Shown here: piece by piece, positions 38,455 through 51,156 of the stretch
How the letters are laid out: every line of letters begins with the position of its first letter
Numbering within the stretch: the first letter of the stretch is position 1
Origin: Escherichia coli
GTDB taxonomy: Bacteria; Pseudomonadota; Gammaproteobacteria; Enterobacterales; Enterobacteriaceae
Reading direction: 5' to 3' (one strand)
Length of the DNA stretch: 64,000 nt
Assembly (NCBI RefSeq): GCF_050920415.1
Contig: NZ_CP169309.1
The notes under the pieces: generated by a model
The model's database searches: none
What the model saw: the letters and a program-made list of their open reading frames with translations, nothing else
What the model was told of the DNA's origin: nothing
Made by a program: the position numbers and the translations under genes

Positions 38455-41400
38455 TTATCCTTTAAAGCAACGGCGGATAACCACAAAGAACACCGGCACG
38501 AAGAAGATTGCCAGCAACGTTGCAGAGACCATCCCGCCCATTACCCCGATACCCACTGCGTTCTGCGCGCCACTGCCGGCACCGTTACTGATAGCTAGCG
38601 GTAATACGCCGAGAATAAAGGCGAGAGAGGTCATCAGGATAGGACGCAGACGCATACGTACTGCCACCAGTGTCGCTTCAACAACACCTTTACCCTCTTT
38701 CTCCATGAGATCTTTAGCGAACTCAACAATCAAAATAGCGTTTTTGGCCGACAAGCCAATTGTCGTTAGCAAGCCCACCATAAAGTAGACGTCATTTTTT
38801 TGATTAAAGAGTGTCGCCGCCAGTAGCACGCCGACAATCCCTAACGGCACGACTAACATAACCGAGACAGGAATTGACCAGCTTTCATAGAGTGCAGCAA
38901 GGCACAGGAAAACAACCACAAAGGAAATTGCTACCAGAGCGGGAGCTTGGTTGCCCGATAAGCGTTCCTGATATGACATACCCGTCCAGTCATAACCAAT
39001 GCCAGCTGGTAATTGTGATGCAAGGTTTTCCATCAACGCCATGGCATCGCCGGAACTGGTTCCTGGCGCGGCTTCCCCCTGAATCTCCATTGACGGCAGA
39101 CCGTTGTAGCGCTCCAGTCGCGGAGAGCCATACACCCAATGTGCAGTGGTAAAGGCAGAGAATGGCACCATTTCGCCGTTGGCGCTGCGGACATAAAGTT
39201 TATCGACATCTTCTGGCAGCATACGGAATTTGGCATCCGCCTGAACATACACCTTTTTCACGCGACCACGGTCAATGAAGTCGTTAACGTAAGTCCCACC
39301 CAACGCCGTTGAAATGGTCTGATTGATGTCAGAAAGTGAAACACCTAATGCCTGCGCCTTTTCCTGGTCAACTTCCAGTTTAAACTGCGCGGTGTCTTCC
39401 AGACCATTAGGACGCACGCTGACTAAGCTGGCAGGATGTTGCGCCGCCATGCCAAGCAACTGGTTACGGGCCTGGGTCAGGGCATCGTGACCCAGCCCAG
39501 CCTGATCAATTAACTCAAAGTCGAAACCCGTTGCCGTGCCCAGTTCAACAATGGCTGGCATATTGAATGGAATGACAAAACCGTCGCGGATCTTGCCCAA
39601 TTCCATTTTGGCACGATGGATTACCGCTTCCGCACTGTTTTCGTCACCACTACGCTCTTCCCACGGTTTCAGACTGACGAAAGCCATACCGGCGTTTTGT
39701 GCCTGGCCGCTGAAGCTAAAGCCGTTAACCGTAAAGACACTTTCTACGTTCGCTTTCTCGTTCTTCAGATAGTAATCCGTCACTTGATCCAACACTTTTT
39801 GCGTCCGCTCTTGCGTCGCGCCAGCGGGTAACTGAATCATAGTCAGAAAGACACCCTGATCCTCTTCAGGTAAGAAGGAAGACGGAAGACGTAAAAACAA
39901 CACCACCATTCCAGCAACAATTAGTGCATAGATCAGTAAATATCGTCCTGTGGAACCGAGGATTTTGCCGACGCTGTTGGTGTAGTGGTTAACGCTATGA
40001 TCGAAGGTGGTATTAAACCAGCCGAAGAAACCGCCCTTATTTTCGTGATGCTCAGCAGAGACGGGTTTGAGCAGTGTTGCACATAACGCTGGGGTAAGAA
40101 TCAATGCCACCAGAACAGAAAGCGCCATTGCCGAAACGATGGTGATAGAGAACTGGCGATAAATGGCCCCAGTAGAACCGCCGAAGAATGCCATCGGAAT
40201 AAATACCGCTGACAGCACCATCGCGATACCCACCAGTGCGCCCTGGATTTGCGACATTGATTTTTCCGTCGCTTCTTTTGGCGGGAGCTTATCCTCCATC
40301 ATCACGCGCTCGACGTTCTCCACCACCACTATCGCATCATCGACGAGCAGCCCGATGGCAAGCACCATCCCGAACATAGTTAGTGTATTGATGGAGTAAC
40401 CAAAAGCGGCGAGGATGGCAAACGTCCCTAACAACACCACGGGTACCGCAATGGTGGGGATCAGCGTTGCTCGCATATTCTGCAAGAACAGATACATCAC
40501 CAGGAACACCAGCATAATGGCTTCGAACAGCGTTTTTACCACTTCGTGAATAGAAAGCTGGACGAATGGTGTGGTGTCATAAGGGTAGAGAACCTTCATT
40601 CCCTGCGGGAAGAATGGCTGTAATTCCGCCAGTTTTGCCTTAATGGCTTTCGCGGTATCGAGAGCATTCGCGCCGGTTGCCAGCTTAATACCCAGGCCCG
40701 CCGCCGGTTTACCGTTGATGCGAGCGATAACGTTATAGTTTTCACCGCCAAGTTCAACCCGTGCGACATCTTTCAGGCGTACCACCGAGCCGTCACTGTT
40801 TACGCGCAGGGTCACTTTGCCGAATTCTTCCGGATTTTTTAACCGCGTCTGAGCAATAATCGAGGCGTTCAACTGTTGCCCTGGTAACGCTGGCGTTCCG
40901 CCCAACTGTCCGGCAGCGATCTGATCGTTCTGTACCTTCAACTGGTTAATCACATCAACCGGCGTCAGTTTATATTTGTTTAGCAGATCGGCGTCCAACC
41001 AGATACGCATCGCATACTGTGCGCCGAAAAGCTGTACATCACCGACGCCATTCAGACGGCTAAGCGTATCTTTAACGTTAGAGGCCACATAGTCCGAGAT
41101 ATCGTCCTGTGTGGTGCCTGGGTTATCAGAGACAAAGCCCGCCACCATCAAATAGCTGCTACTGGACTTTTCAACACTGATCCCCTGCTGCTGTACCTCC
41201 TGCGGCAGCAACGGCGTGGCGAGCTGGAGTTTGTTCTGCACCTGCACTTGCGCGATATCAGGATCGGTCCCGGACTGGAAGGTAAGGGTAATTGTCACGC
41301 TACCGGCGGAATCGCTGGTGGAGGACATATACATCAGGTTATCGATACCATTCATATTCTGTTCGATAACCTGCGTCACCGTATCCTGCACGGTCTGCGC

Positions 41401-41559
41401 ATCAGCGCCCGGATAGTTTGCCGAAACAGAAACCGCAGGCGGCGCAATGGTCGGGTACTGGGCGACGGGCAATTGTAGGATCGCCAGTGCGCCCGCCATC
41501 ATCAGAATAATGGCCAGCACCCATGCAAATATCGGTCGTCGAATAAAAAAGTTTGCCAT
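38455..41559 (-). CDS. acrF: RND multidrug efflux pump inner-membrane transporter AcrF (1034 aa)
   Basis: [70 protein letters not shown]...; adjacent acrE and divergent acrS distinguish it from acrB. Confidence 0.95.
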   Translation of the reverse strand: MANFFIRRPIFAWVLAIILMMAGALAILQLPVAQYPTIAPPAVSVSANYPGADAQTVQDTVTQVIEQNMNGIDNLMYMSSTSDSAGSVTITLTFQSGTDPDIAQVQVQNKLQLATPLLPQEVQQQGISVEKSSSSYLMVAGFVSDNPGTTQDDISDYVASNVKDTLSRLNGVGDVQLFGAQYAMRIWLDADLLNKYKLTPVDVINQLKVQNDQIAAGQLGGTPALPGQQLNASIIAQTRLKNPEEFGKVTLRVNSDGSVVRLKDVARVELGGENYNVIARINGKPAAGLGIKLATGANALDTAKAIKAKLAELQPFFPQGMKVLYPYDTTPFVQLSIHEVVKTLFEAIMLVFLVMYLFLQNMRATLIPTIAVPVVLLGTFAILAAFGYSINTLTMFGMVLAIGLLVDDAIVVVENVERVMMEDKLPPKEATEKSMSQIQGALVGIAMVLSAVFIPMAFFGGSTGAIYRQFSITIVSAMALSVLVALILTPALCATLLKPVSAEHHENKGGFFGWFNTTFDHSVNHYTNSVGKILGSTGRYLLIYALIVAGMVVLFLRLPSSFLPEEDQGVFLTMIQLPAGATQERTQKVLDQVTDYYLKNEKANVESVFTVNGFSFSGQAQNAGMAFVSLKPWEERSGDENSAEAVIHRAKMELGKIRDGFVIPFNMPAIVELGTATGFDFELIDQAGLGHDALTQARNQLLGMAAQHPASLVSVRPNGLEDTAQFKLEVDQEKAQALGVSLSDINQTISTALGGTYVNDFIDRGRVKKVYVQADAKFRMLPEDVDKLYVRSANGEMVPFSAFTTAHWVYGSPRLERYNGLPSMEIQGEAAPGTSSGDAMALMENLASQLPAGIGYDWTGMSYQERLSGNQAPALVAISFVVVFLCLAALYESWSIPVSVMLVVPLGIVGVLLAATLFNQKNDVYFMVGLLTTIGLSAKNAILIVEFAKDLMEKEGKGVVEATLVAVRMRLRPILMTSLAFILGVLPLAISNGAGSGAQNAVGIGVMGGMVSATLLAIFFVPVFFVVIRRCFKG

Positions 41560-41570
41560 GTCAGATTGCC

Positions 41571-42728
41571 TTACTTCGATGCAGTATCTGCGGGGGTATC
41601 GGTAGTGGCTTTAACCTGCTCTCCCGGACGCGCTTTTTGCAGGCCGCTGACAATGACTTGATCGCCAGATTTCAGCCCTTCGCTAATCAACCATTTATCG
41701 CCAATCGCCTGGCTGGCAACGACAGGGCGCGCTTCAACCTGACTTTTATCGTTAACAATCAGCACGGTAGCATCACCACGCGGTGTGCGACTAACGCCCT
41801 GTTGCGGGATAAGAATGGCGTCAGGTTGAACGCCTTCATCAATCCGTGCGCGCACAAACATACCTGGCAAAAGCGTATGTTGCGGGTTAGGGAAGACGGC
41901 ACGTAGGGTTATGGATCCGGTGCTTTCATCAACGGTCACATCGGAGAATTGCAACGTACCTTTCAGGGGATAGGTTTGACCGTTTTCCATGACCAACTCT
42001 ACGTTGCTGGTGGCGTTTTCCTTATGCAAATTTCCTTGCTCTACGGATTGCTTCAGCCTCATAAAGTCGTTGCTGGATTGGGTCACATCAACATAGATAG
42101 GATCGAGCTGCTGGACAGTCGCCAGTTCAGTCGTTTGCCCATTAGTGACAAGAGCGCCTTCGGTCACAGTAGATTTGCCGATACGTCCACTAATTGGCGC
42201 AGTCACTTTGGTATAAGCGAGATTGATGCGAGCGCTTTCGACCGTGGCTTTTGCGGCAATCACGGCGGCATCGGCCTGGCGAGCATCAGCAATGGCCTGG
42301 TCGTACTCCTGCTGACTGATGTATTTCGTACCCACGAGCGGAACGTAACGTTTTACCGTCAAATGCGCGATGGCGGCGGCGGCTTCACTTTTCGCCAGTT
42401 CGCCTTTCGCGCTGTCATAACTTGCCTGATAGGTCGCGGGATCGATCTGGTACAGAGACTGGCCTGCTTGCACATCGCTGCCTTCAGTGAAATTGCGACT
42501 CAGTACGATCCCGCTAACCTGTGGGCGAACTTCGGCTATACGGTAAGCATTGGTGCGGCCTGGTAATTCAGTCTTAACTTCTAACGGGGCCGTTTTCACA
42601 ATATGAACGGTAACCTGCGGTTCACCGACGTGAGCTTTCTCTTCTCCCTTATCGTTACAACCGGCGATTAAAGCCGCGGAGATCAGAATAAAGGAGGGCA
42701 GGAGGAAAAACCTGGCATGTTTCGTCAT
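41571..42728 (-). CDS. acrE: RND efflux periplasmic adaptor lipoprotein AcrE (385 aa)
   Basis: [34 protein letters not shown]... lipobox, membrane-fusion protein. Confidence 0.95.
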   Translation of the reverse strand: MTKHARFFLLPSFILISAALIAGCNDKGEEKAHVGEPQVTVHIVKTAPLEVKTELPGRTNAYRIAEVRPQVSGIVLSRNFTEGSDVQAGQSLYQIDPATYQASYDSAKGELAKSEAAAAIAHLTVKRYVPLVGTKYISQQEYDQAIADARQADAAVIAAKATVESARINLAYTKVTAPISGRIGKSTVTEGALVTNGQTTELATVQQLDPIYVDVTQSSNDFMRLKQSVEQGNLHKENATSNVELVMENGQTYPLKGTLQFSDVTVDESTGSITLRAVFPNPQHTLLPGMFVRARIDEGVQPDAILIPQQGVSRTPRGDATVLIVNDKSQVEARPVVASQAIGDKWLISEGLKSGDQVIVSGLQKARPGEQVKATTDTPADTASK

Positions 42729-43126
42729 TACTATTCCTCAAAAAACCAAAAGCGCGTTATTTACCCAAAAAGGCAACGCGTTAACTCGCAGAAAGAAAAA
42801 TACAGTTCGCTATCCTACAAATTATCATTCGTCGATGTAAGGAATAGTTATGAATACTGGCGTCTCAAGGCACATAAACACAAAAAAAGATTAATATTCT
42901 ACTGTTTTATTTTGACGCGGGTTGAAAGAGGTAGAATCAAATCCTCGTAAATTGAAATATATATTGATAGAGTGAATGTATTTTAGGTAAATAATAAACG
43001 TTATTTATTTGACGATTTATAGCAACTCAATATTAGCCTCTCGTATAAATATACATTAGGTGATAGATTAACCTTCGCTATTTTCTCATCCTGTGTCGAA
43101 TATATTTATTTCCTGAATAATTAATC

Positions 43127-43789
43127 ATGGCAAAAAGAACCAAAGCTGAAGCCCTGAAGACCCGGCAAGAACTGATTGAAACTGCCATCGCCCAGTTTGC
43201 GCAGCATGGCGTAAGCAAGACGACGCTCAACGACATTGCCGACGCCGCTAACGTTACGCGTGGCGCTATCTACTGGCACTTCGAGAACAAGACCCAACTG
43301 TTTAATGAGATGTGGTTGCAACAGCCTTCATTGCGGGAGTTAATCCAGGATCACTTGACTGCTGGGTTAGAGCATGACCCGTTTCAGCAATTGCGTGAAA
43401 AATTGATTGTTGGCTTGCAATATATTGCCAAAATTCCCCGCCAGCAGGCGTTGCTGAAAATCTTATATCACAAATGTGAATTTAATGATGAGATGCTGGC
43501 AGAGGGAGTGATACGCGAAAAGATGGGCTTTAATCCGCAGACTCTCCGCGAAGTATTGCAGGCATGTCAGCAACAAGGTTGTATAGCAAATAATCTCGAT
43601 TTAGATGTTGTGATGATTATTATTGATGGTGCCTTCAGCGGAATTGTTCAAAACTGGTTAATGAATATGGCGGGTTATGATCTTTATAAACAAGCACCCG
43701 CACTGGTCGATAACGTATTAAGAATGTTCATGCCAGATGAAAACATAACGAAATTAATTCATCAAACGAATGAATTAAGTGGCATATAA
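43127..43789 (+). CDS. acrS: TetR-family repressor of acrEF/acrAB, AcrS (EnvR) (220 aa)
   Basis: ORF MAKRTKAEALKTRQELIETAIAQFAQHGVSKTTLNDIADAANVTRGAIYWHF... TetR HTH; divergent from acrEF. Confidence 0.93.
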   Translation: MAKRTKAEALKTRQELIETAIAQFAQHGVSKTTLNDIADAANVTRGAIYWHFENKTQLFNEMWLQQPSLRELIQDHLTAGLEHDPFQQLREKLIVGLQYIAKIPRQQALLKILYHKCEFNDEMLAEGVIREKMGFNPQTLREVLQACQQQGCIANNLDLDVVMIIIDGAFSGIVQNWLMNMAGYDLYKQAPALVDNVLRMFMPDENITKLIHQTNELSGI

Positions 43790-43791
43790 AT

Positions 43792-43971
43792 TCACATTCT
43801 GTCCTGAAAATTCAGTTCGTCACAGTTAACCAGTTTTAGTGGATTAACTGAGTTCATATTGCGGCATTTGTCTGTTTCTGTTGCCAGCAGTTCAATCCAC
43901 TGCATCAGTAAAGTATCAAACAGAAAAACGAAGACAGCGAAAACGACGAGCCACCAATACTTGCGAATCAT
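43792..43971 (-). CDS. yhdU: Small membrane protein YhdU (59 aa)
   Basis: ORF (internal Met) MIRKYWWLVVFAVFVFLFDTLLMQWIELLATETDKCRNMN...; single TM. Confidence 0.75.
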   Translation of the reverse strand: MIRKYWWLVVFAVFVFLFDTLLMQWIELLATETDKCRNMNSVNPLKLVNCDELNFQDRM

Positions 43972-44054
43972 TACCTGAGCCTGTGCATGTTTAACCAAGT
44001 CTGGCAGGAAATATACACGAAATGAATAATCTGAAAACCAGGCTTACACTTCCT

Positions 44055-44939
44055 TTACTTTGCAATGAGATCGGGGTCAACTTCGCTTAACCGGCTTCGT
44101 TTTGACAGGTTGCCGGTCTTTCTTTTTTTCACTTTCGCCAGTTCTTCCGCAGAGTAATGCGACGTGACATCCAGCCGTCGAAGCCCCATTTTGATGTACT
44201 CGCTGTTGATCTCAATACCAATGAATTTTCGCCCGCTGGCGGCGGCTACGGCACCGGTAGTAAAGCTACCGGCAAACGGGTCGAGAACGATATCGCCTGG
44301 GTTGGAAGAGGCGAGAATAATGCGTTTCAGTAAGGCTTCCGGTTTTTGCGTCGGGTGATTCTCATATTCATCCATCAAATAACGCACGCGCGGAAAATCC
44401 CAGACGTTACCCGGTACTTTTTGATGATTGTAAGGCTGTGGAGGATTTTTGCGATAATCGATCAACGCGCGCTGCGATCCGGTTTTGGCTTCTACCAGAA
44501 TAGCATCACCGTTGAACGTGTAGTTCTTTGCGTCTTTCACCATCATCAGGATGGGTTCGTACATGGAGCCGTAGTGTTTTTTCGCCTGCACTCCAGAACT
44601 GTCATATGACCAGACGATGCGACTTTTGATGGTAAAAAGCTTGCGGCACTGGAGATCGATAAAGGGCATGTTTTCCGTGCTGTTCATGATGTACATGCTG
44701 CCCTGCTTTTTCAGAACGCGGTGGCACTCTGCAATCACTTCAAACAGCCAGTCGATAAACAGATCTTCTTTCCAGGCTTCGATCAGACCATCAAAATTTT
44801 TACCGATGTTATACGGTGGGTCGGCAAAGATCAGATCTACACTTTCGGCGGGGATCTTTTTAAGTTCGGTTAATGCATCACCCTGGATGATGGTCTTTGC
44901 TTCATTACCAAATCGGGTCGGTTCACATCCTGTTCTCAT
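44055..44939 (-). CDS. yhdJ: Orphan DNA N6-adenine methyltransferase YhdJ (294 aa)
   Basis: ORF MRTGCEPTRFGNEAKTIIQGDALTELKKIPAESVDLIFADPPYNIG... with DPPY catalytic motif and FxGxG SAM-binding motif (DPFAGSFTTG). Confidence 0.93.
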   Translation of the reverse strand: MRTGCEPTRFGNEAKTIIQGDALTELKKIPAESVDLIFADPPYNIGKNFDGLIEAWKEDLFIDWLFEVIAECHRVLKKQGSMYIMNSTENMPFIDLQCRKLFTIKSRIVWSYDSSGVQAKKHYGSMYEPILMMVKDAKNYTFNGDAILVEAKTGSQRALIDYRKNPPQPYNHQKVPGNVWDFPRVRYLMDEYENHPTQKPEALLKRIILASSNPGDIVLDPFAGSFTTGAVAAASGRKFIGIEINSEYIKMGLRRLDVTSHYSAEELAKVKKRKTGNLSKRSRLSEVDPDLIAK

Positions 44940-45024
44940 GGTCACTCCCTTTGTGACACCTATAAAAAAGGCGCTTCCCCATGCCGAGTAGCGCCTTTTT
45001 AATCAAGCATTTAGCTAACCTGAA

Positions 45025-45321
45025 TTAGTTCATGCCGTATTTTTTCAATTTTTTACGCAGCGTACCACGGTTGATGCCCATCATCAGCGCAGCACGGGTC
45101 TGATTACCACGGGTGTATTGCATCACCATGTCCAACAGGGGCTGTTCTACTTCAGCCAGTACCAGCTCATAGAGGTCATTCACATCCTGACCGTTCAGTT
45201 GAGCAAAATAGTTCTTCAGTGCCTGTTTAACCGAGTCACGCAGGGGTTTTTGGGTTACCTGATCCTGAGAGTTAACGGTAGAAACGGTCAGTACGTCAGA
45301 ATTTACGCGTTGTTCGAACAT
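45025..45321 (-). CDS. fis: Nucleoid-associated DNA-binding protein Fis (98 aa)
   Basis: [101 protein letters not shown]. Confidence 0.98.
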
Positions 45322-45346
45322 AGTTCTGTCAGCTCTTTATTTCTGT

Positions 45347-46312
45347 TTACGCAAAATTTTCGAAGTATGCCTCCAACGCCTCCAGCTGTTCGCTGGCATC
45401 CTCAATGGCGTTGAATGTGCGCCGAAACTGGTCATTTGGAGCGTGTTCCTGGAGATACCAGGAAACGTGTTTACGTGCAATTCGGTACCCTTTTGCCGGA
45501 CCATAAAAGTCATGCAGTTCCCGAACGTGCGCGCAAAGCAAGCGCTTAACCTCTGCCAAAGGCAGCGGGGGCAGCAACTCCCCAGTGTCCAGATAATGCT
45601 GGATTTCCCGAAAGATCCAGGGTCTTCCCTGAGCTGCGCGGCCTATCATCAGGGCATCCGCCCCTGTATAGTCGAGCACAGCTCTGGCTTTAAGCGGGTC
45701 AGTAATGTCGCCATTCGCGATAACCGGAATGGAAACTTTCTGCTTAACTGCCCGAATACTGTCGTACTCAGCTTCTCCATTGAACAAACAGGCGCGTGTA
45801 CGGCCATGAATGGTCAGAGCCTGAATGCCACAGTCTTCAGCCAGTTGGGCAATCTCTTCGCAGTTACGGTGTTCCGGCGCCCAGCCGGTGCGAATCTTCA
45901 GGGTAACAGGAACGTCCACTGCATTGACGACCTCGGTAAGGATCGATTTAACGACATCCGGGTACTGCAAGAGGGCTGAACCTGCGAGCTTGCGATTCAC
46001 TTTTTTAGCCGGGCAACCCATATTGATATCAATAATCTGGGCACCGCTTTCCACGTTAATACGTGCTGCATCTGCCATTTCTTTCGGATCGCTACCAGCA
46101 ATTTGCACGGTGCGAATACCGGGTTCATCAATGTGCACCATCCGTAAACGAGATTTGTCGCTTTCCCAAACCTGTGGGTTAGAAGACATCATCTCGGATA
46201 CTGTCAATCCGGCTCCCATCTCGTAGCACAACGTCCGAAAAGGTCTGTCTGTAATGCCAGCCATGGGCGCTGCGATCAGGCGATTTCTGAGCTGATATTG
46301 TCCGATGCGCAT
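45347..46312 (-). CDS. dusB: tRNA-dihydrouridine synthase B (321 aa)
   Basis: [47 protein letters not shown]...; co-operonic upstream of fis. Confidence 0.96.
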   Translation of the reverse strand: MRIGQYQLRNRLIAAPMAGITDRPFRTLCYEMGAGLTVSEMMSSNPQVWESDKSRLRMVHIDEPGIRTVQIAGSDPKEMADAARINVESGAQIIDINMGCPAKKVNRKLAGSALLQYPDVVKSILTEVVNAVDVPVTLKIRTGWAPEHRNCEEIAQLAEDCGIQALTIHGRTRACLFNGEAEYDSIRAVKQKVSIPVIANGDITDPLKARAVLDYTGADALMIGRAAQGRPWIFREIQHYLDTGELLPPLPLAEVKRLLCAHVRELHDFYGPAKGYRIARKHVSWYLQEHAPNDQFRRTFNAIEDASEQLEALEAYFENFA

Positions 46313-46640
46313 GAGTTAAGAAATGACCATACTGTGACTGCAAGGCGGCGTATATTACGCATTTTTTGCACGAGATGAAAGGCCAAACTTTGACCAATCC
46401 TCTGAGATGGATCAAAGAATTGCATTTAAAATGAGCTTGGCGCGATAATTACTCATAAAAATCATTATATTAGAAAATAGTGACTAAAATTTACACTCCA
46501 AGAAATTTGAGTAAGTTCTCAATTTTTCTTTATGAATGAAAATTTTGGCACGCAAATTTGCGTAAATAATCGGCAAATTAACGTGCCTTTTGTGACCTTG
46601 CTCGCACTTCGCCTTGCGTCACCATACGGCGATGCGAAAG

Positions 46641-47522
46641 TTAATTCTTACGACCGGTAATGCGGCACCACTCTTCTTTTTCCACGACCGGGTCCAGAGC
46701 GAAGCTGTCGGCATAAGCTTCACAAACGCTCTCTGCCTGGCTTGCCAGAATACCGGAAAGGCCCAGCAAGCCACCTGAAACCGGCAGGACGCTGATTAAC
46801 GGTGCCAGTTCACGTAATGGGCCTGCAAGGATGTTAGCGACCACCACGTCGGCTTTCATTTCTTCTGGCTGATCTTTAGGTAGGTAGAGTTCCAGACGGT
46901 CAGAAACGCCATTACGTTCGGCGTTGTCGCGGCTGGCCTGAATCGCCTGCGGATCAATATCAATACCAATGGCTTTTGCTGCACCCAGTTTCAGCGCCGC
47001 GATAGCCAGAATGCCGGAACCGCAGCCAAAGTCGATGACTGTTTTACCGGTTAAATCGAGGCTGTCGAGCCATTGCAGGCACAGAGAGGTAGTTGGATGA
47101 GTCCCTGTACCAAACGCCAGACCTGGGTCTAACATTACGTTGACGGCGTTTTCGTCCGGCACATCACGCCAGCTTGGGCAGATCCACAGTCGTTCACCAA
47201 AGCGCATCGGGTGGAAATTATCCATCCATTCGCGCTCCCAGTCTTTATCTTCCAGTTGTTCGATTTTGTGCGCGAAGCCTGCGCCGAGCAGCGGATGATT
47301 CTCCAGAATCGCCACTACTTCATTCATGTCGGTTTCAGCATCGAACAGACCAATCACATCGGTGTCGCCCCACAGGCGCGTTTCGCCCGGCAGCGGCTCA
47401 AATACAGGCGTATCGTGGGTATCCTGAAAAGTGATAGAAACGGCACCCGCTTCCATCAGCGCATCGCTAAGATCTTCCGCGTTCGCGCCGGTAGTGTTCA
47501 GTTTCAGTTGGATCCAAGGCAT
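46641..47522 (-). CDS. prmA: Ribosomal protein L11 methyltransferase PrmA (293 aa)
   Basis: [69 protein letters not shown]... Confidence 0.96.
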   Translation of the reverse strand: MPWIQLKLNTTGANAEDLSDALMEAGAVSITFQDTHDTPVFEPLPGETRLWGDTDVIGLFDAETDMNEVVAILENHPLLGAGFAHKIEQLEDKDWEREWMDNFHPMRFGERLWICPSWRDVPDENAVNVMLDPGLAFGTGTHPTTSLCLQWLDSLDLTGKTVIDFGCGSGILAIAALKLGAAKAIGIDIDPQAIQASRDNAERNGVSDRLELYLPKDQPEEMKADVVVANILAGPLRELAPLISVLPVSGGLLGLSGILASQAESVCEAYADSFALDPVVEKEEWCRITGRKN

Positions 47523-47533
47523 GGCAAAACTCT

Positions 47534-48985
47534 TTATTTATCAGTAGTCAAAACGGTAGCTTGCGGGACGGATGTACCGAAACGGTTTCCGACCAGGAAA
47601 GCCAGCAAACTTAGTAGTAACGAGGGCACGATAGGGTGGAAGCCCAGGTACTGAATATTCAGCGTCGCGAGTACGGCATACAGTACGCCGCCAACGATCA
47701 TCGCACTTAGCGCGCCTTTGGCGTTGGCGCGTTCCCAGTAAAGACCCAGCACCAGCGGCCACAGGAAAACGGCTTCCAGCCCACCGAAGGCCAGCAAATT
47801 CAGCCAGATGATCATTTCTGGCGGCTTCCAGGCGGCAAGCAGCAGCAACGCACCGAGAACCAACGTGATCACCGCCGACATCCGCTTCAGACGCGTCTCG
47901 TTTTGCATTTGATCCGGACGGATATTCAGATAGAGATCTTTAATGATCGTAGCGGAACTTTGCAGCAACTGGGCATTGATCGTCGACATGATCGCAGCCA
48001 TAGGTGCAGCCAGGAAGATCCCGGCAGCAAACGGTGGCAGCACTTTTACCATCAACGTCGGGATCACCAGGTCCGGTACGGTGAGATCGGGGATCACCGC
48101 CCGACCTAACGCTCCGGCCAGGTGCATACCGAACATCAGGATTGCGACCACAATCGTACCGATGATGATCCCCCGATGTACGGCTTTGCTGTCTTTATAA
48201 GAGATACAGCGCACCGCAGTATGCGGCAGGCCAATAACGCCAAAGCACACCAGCACCCAGAACGACGTCATAAAGGCAGGCGACAGAATATCGTCAGCGC
48301 CTTGTGGCGTAACCAGTTGCGGATCGATGGTTTGCAGCGTCTCTACTGCATTGCCTAAGCCGCCAGCAGCATGGACCACGCCAATAAGCAGCACAATGGT
48401 GCCAATCAGCATCACCAGCCCTTGCATGGTGTCGTTCAGCACGCTGGCGCGAAAGCCGCCAAAGGCGGTATACAACGCAATGCTGATACCGAAAATCAGC
48501 AGGCCGGTTTCATAAGGAATACCCGCCGCGGTTTCCAGCAGGCGCGCACCGCCGATAAACTGCACGGTCATCGCACCAACGAACGCAACCAGCAAACTCA
48601 AACTCGCCAGCCATACCAGAAGACGACTCTGGTAGCGGGCAAACAGCATATCGTTCAGCGTCACCGCATTGTAGCGGCGCGCGAGAATCGCGAACTTCTT
48701 GCCGAGAATACCGAGCGAAAGCCAGACCGCAGGTAGCTGAATCATCGCCAGCAATACCCAACCCAGGCCGTATTTATAAGCAGCTCCTGGCCCGCCGATA
48801 AACGAACTGGCACTGATATAGGTCGCGGTGAGCGTCATCGCCAGCACAATACCGCCCATAGAACGGCTGCCGAGGAAATACTCATTAAGGAAGGTGCCGG
48901 TGTTCCGTTTACGCATCGCATAAACTGAAATCCCGAACACCACCACCAGATAGGCGACCAGCGGTAGAATCACTTCAAGCTGCAT
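47534..48985 (-). CDS. panF: Sodium/pantothenate symporter PanF (483 aa)
   Basis: ORF (internal Met) [45 protein letters not shown]... SSS-family transporter. Confidence 0.95.
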   Translation of the reverse strand: MQLEVILPLVAYLVVVFGISVYAMRKRNTGTFLNEYFLGSRSMGGIVLAMTLTATYISASSFIGGPGAAYKYGLGWVLLAMIQLPAVWLSLGILGKKFAILARRYNAVTLNDMLFARYQSRLLVWLASLSLLVAFVGAMTVQFIGGARLLETAAGIPYETGLLIFGISIALYTAFGGFRASVLNDTMQGLVMLIGTIVLLIGVVHAAGGLGNAVETLQTIDPQLVTPQGADDILSPAFMTSFWVLVCFGVIGLPHTAVRCISYKDSKAVHRGIIIGTIVVAILMFGMHLAGALGRAVIPDLTVPDLVIPTLMVKVLPPFAAGIFLAAPMAAIMSTINAQLLQSSATIIKDLYLNIRPDQMQNETRLKRMSAVITLVLGALLLLAAWKPPEMIIWLNLLAFGGLEAVFLWPLVLGLYWERANAKGALSAMIVGGVLYAVLATLNIQYLGFHPIVPSLLLSLLAFLVGNRFGTSVPQATVLTTDK

Positions 48986-49217
48986 CGTCATCCTCCAGTG
49001 GGATATCGCGATAGATAAATTTCACCATCGCCCAGCACAGTCCAATAAACAGCAGCGGCGTCAGGATGCAGGCCATCTCAAACCAGCGTGGAAAGCCGGT
49101 AAAACCGGGGGTAACGCCAGGTAAGTAAGCGGCTACTAACCATACCGCCAGATACAAAAGGGTCAGCCCCAGCGCCCAGCGCGCCTCTTTATGGGCCTGA
49201 ACAAAACGAGTGTCCAT
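48975..49217 (-). CDS. yhdT: DUF997 small membrane protein YhdT (80 aa)
   Basis: ORF MDTRFVQAHKEARWALGLTLLYLAVWLVAAYLPG...; 3' end overlaps panF start by 11 nt. Confidence 0.85.
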   Translation of the reverse strand: MDTRFVQAHKEARWALGLTLLYLAVWLVAAYLPGVTPGFTGFPRWFEMACILTPLLFIGLCWAMVKFIYRDIPLEDDDAA

Positions 49218-49325
49218 TTTTTGTCCCTGATGGGTGAAGAAAGCGGGGATTGTACCTTATGGGGGTTGTCGATCCCCAGTAATAAAAAAGGCCGGAAAAT
49301 CCGGCCTTTTGACGCTTTTGCAGTC

Positions 49326-50675
49326 TTATTTTTCCTGAAGACCGAGTTTTTTCTCCAGATAGTGGATGTTAGTGCCACCATGCTGGAAGTTCTCGTCATT
49401 CATGATGCGAATCTGCAGATCAACGTTGGTTTTGATACCATCGATGATCAGCTCCTGCAGCGCATTCTTCATGCGGGCAATCGCCACGTCACGGTTTTCA
49501 CCGTAGCAAATCAGCTTACCGATCATTGAGTCATAGTACGGCGGTACGGTGTAGCCCGCGTAGATATGAGACTCCCAACGCACGCCAAAACCGCCAGGTG
49601 CATGGAAACGGGTGATTTTGCCCGGACTTGGCAGGAAGGTGTTCGGATCTTCGGCGTTAATACGGCATTCCACCGCATGGCCGCGAACGTGAACTTCTTC
49701 TTGCTTGATCGACAGTGGCTGACCAGCAGCAATACGCAGTTGTTCTTTGATCAGGTCAACACCGGTGATCATTTCAGTAACCGGGTGTTCTACCTGAATA
49801 CGGGTGTTCATTTCGATGAAATAGAACTCGCCGTTTTCGAACAGAAACTCGAAAGTACCTGCACCGCGATAGCCGATATCAACACACGCTTTAGCACAAC
49901 GTTCACCGATGTAGCGACGCAGTTCCGGGGTAATGCCCGGTGCTGGCGCTTCTTCGACCACTTTCTGGTGACGACGCTGCATAGAGCAGTCACGTTCCGC
50001 CAGATAGATAGCGTTGCCCTGACCGTCCGCCAGTACTTGGATCTCGACGTGGCGAGGATTTTCCAGGTATTTCTCCATGTAAACCATGTCGTTATTGAAA
50101 GCGGCTTTCGCTTCCGCACGGGTCATGGAGATGGATTGCGCCAGTTCAGCGTCGCCGCGTACTACACGCATACCACGACCGCCGCCGCCGCCGGAGGCTT
50201 TGATAATCACCGGGTAACCAATGCGTTTTGCAATGGCGCGGTTTTTATCCATATCGTCGCCCAGCGGGCCGTCAGAACCCGGTACGCAAGGAACGCCCGC
50301 TTTTTTCATCGCGGCGATTGCGGATACTTTGTCACCCATCAGGCGAATGGTGTCTGCTTTCGGGCCGATGAAGATAAAGCCGGAGCGTTCAACCTGCTCG
50401 GCAAAATTGGCGTTCTCGGAGAGGAAGCCGTAACCCGGATGGATTGCTACTGCGCCGGTGATTTCAGCGGCGCTGATGATTGCCGGGATGTTCAGATAAC
50501 TTTTTACTGACGGAGCAGGACCGATACAGACCGTTTCGTCTGCCAGTAATACGTGTTTTAGATCGCGATCCGCACTGGAGTGCACAGCGACAGTCTTGAT
50601 GCCCAGTTCTTTACAGGCACGAAGAATACGCAATGCAATCTCGCCGCGGTTGGCAATAACAATTTTATCCAGCAT
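49326..50675 (-). CDS. accC: Biotin carboxylase subunit of acetyl-CoA carboxylase (449 aa)
   Basis: ORF (internal Met) [56 protein letters not shown]... Confidence 0.97.
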   Translation of the reverse strand: MLDKIVIANRGEIALRILRACKELGIKTVAVHSSADRDLKHVLLADETVCIGPAPSVKSYLNIPAIISAAEITGAVAIHPGYGFLSENANFAEQVERSGFIFIGPKADTIRLMGDKVSAIAAMKKAGVPCVPGSDGPLGDDMDKNRAIAKRIGYPVIIKASGGGGGRGMRVVRGDAELAQSISMTRAEAKAAFNNDMVYMEKYLENPRHVEIQVLADGQGNAIYLAERDCSMQRRHQKVVEEAPAPGITPELRRYIGERCAKACVDIGYRGAGTFEFLFENGEFYFIEMNTRIQVEHPVTEMITGVDLIKEQLRIAAGQPLSIKQEEVHVRGHAVECRINAEDPNTFLPSPGKITRFHAPGGFGVRWESHIYAGYTVPPYYDSMIGKLICYGENRDVAIARMKNALQELIIDGIKTNVDLQIRIMNDENFQHGGTNIHYLEKKLGLQEK

Positions 50676-50685
50676 GTTCGCCTCG

Positions 50686-51156
50686 TTACTCGATGACGAC
50701 CAGCGGCTCGTCAAATTCTACCGGTTGTCCACTTTCGACCAGAATTGCTTTCACGGTACCGGATTTGTCCGCTTCGATCTGGTTCATCATTTTCATGGCT
50801 TCAACGATGCACAGGGTATCGCCCACGTTGACTTTCTGACCCACTTCGATGAACGCTTTTGCGTCCGGGCTTGGGGTGCGGTAGAAAGTACCAACCATCG
50901 GGGAACGTACGATGTGACCACTGATTTCCGCTGCTGCTGGCGCTTCCATGGAAGGAACGGTCGCCGGAGCGGCTGCGTTAGATTGAGCTGGCTGCTGCAT
51001 CATTGGTGCAGCGTAAGCTTGTTGCATCACAGGGAAACTTGCGGCAGGAGCTGCACGGCTGATGCGTACTGACTCTTCGCCTTCTGAGATTTCCAGTTCG
51101 GAGATGCCTGATTCTTCAACCAGCTCGATCAGTTTTTTAATCTTACGAATATCCAT
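50686..51156 (-). CDS. accB: Biotin carboxyl carrier protein of acetyl-CoA carboxylase (156 aa)
   Basis: [43 protein letters not shown]... with biotinylation motif EAMKMMN. Confidence 0.97.

Noticed and set aside
42729-43126. AT-rich ~400-bp acrE-acrS divergent intergenic region, considered as possible horizontally acquired or mobile DNA
   Set aside because: No repeats, integrase or transposase fragments; the AT-richness and length fit a shared divergent promoter and operator region for acrEF and acrS, the same arrangement as acrAB-acrR.
46313-46640. AT-rich 328-bp region upstream of dusB, considered as a possible small ORF or sRNA
   Set aside because: This is the position of the dusB-fis promoter, which is known to carry multiple Fis sites. 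No ORF of meaningful length or terminator-bounded small RNA is evident.
49566-50510. 314-aa plus-strand ORF antisense to accC; likewise 18979..19500 (antisense to trkA), 41949..42566 (antisense to acrE), 56851..57471 (antisense to mreC), 58776..59744 (antisense to rng), 60822..61475 (antisense to yhdP)
   Set aside because: Each is fully embedded opposite a well-supported conserved gene, with Arg/His/Cys-rich low-complexity translations and no homology-like features. Treated as spurious.
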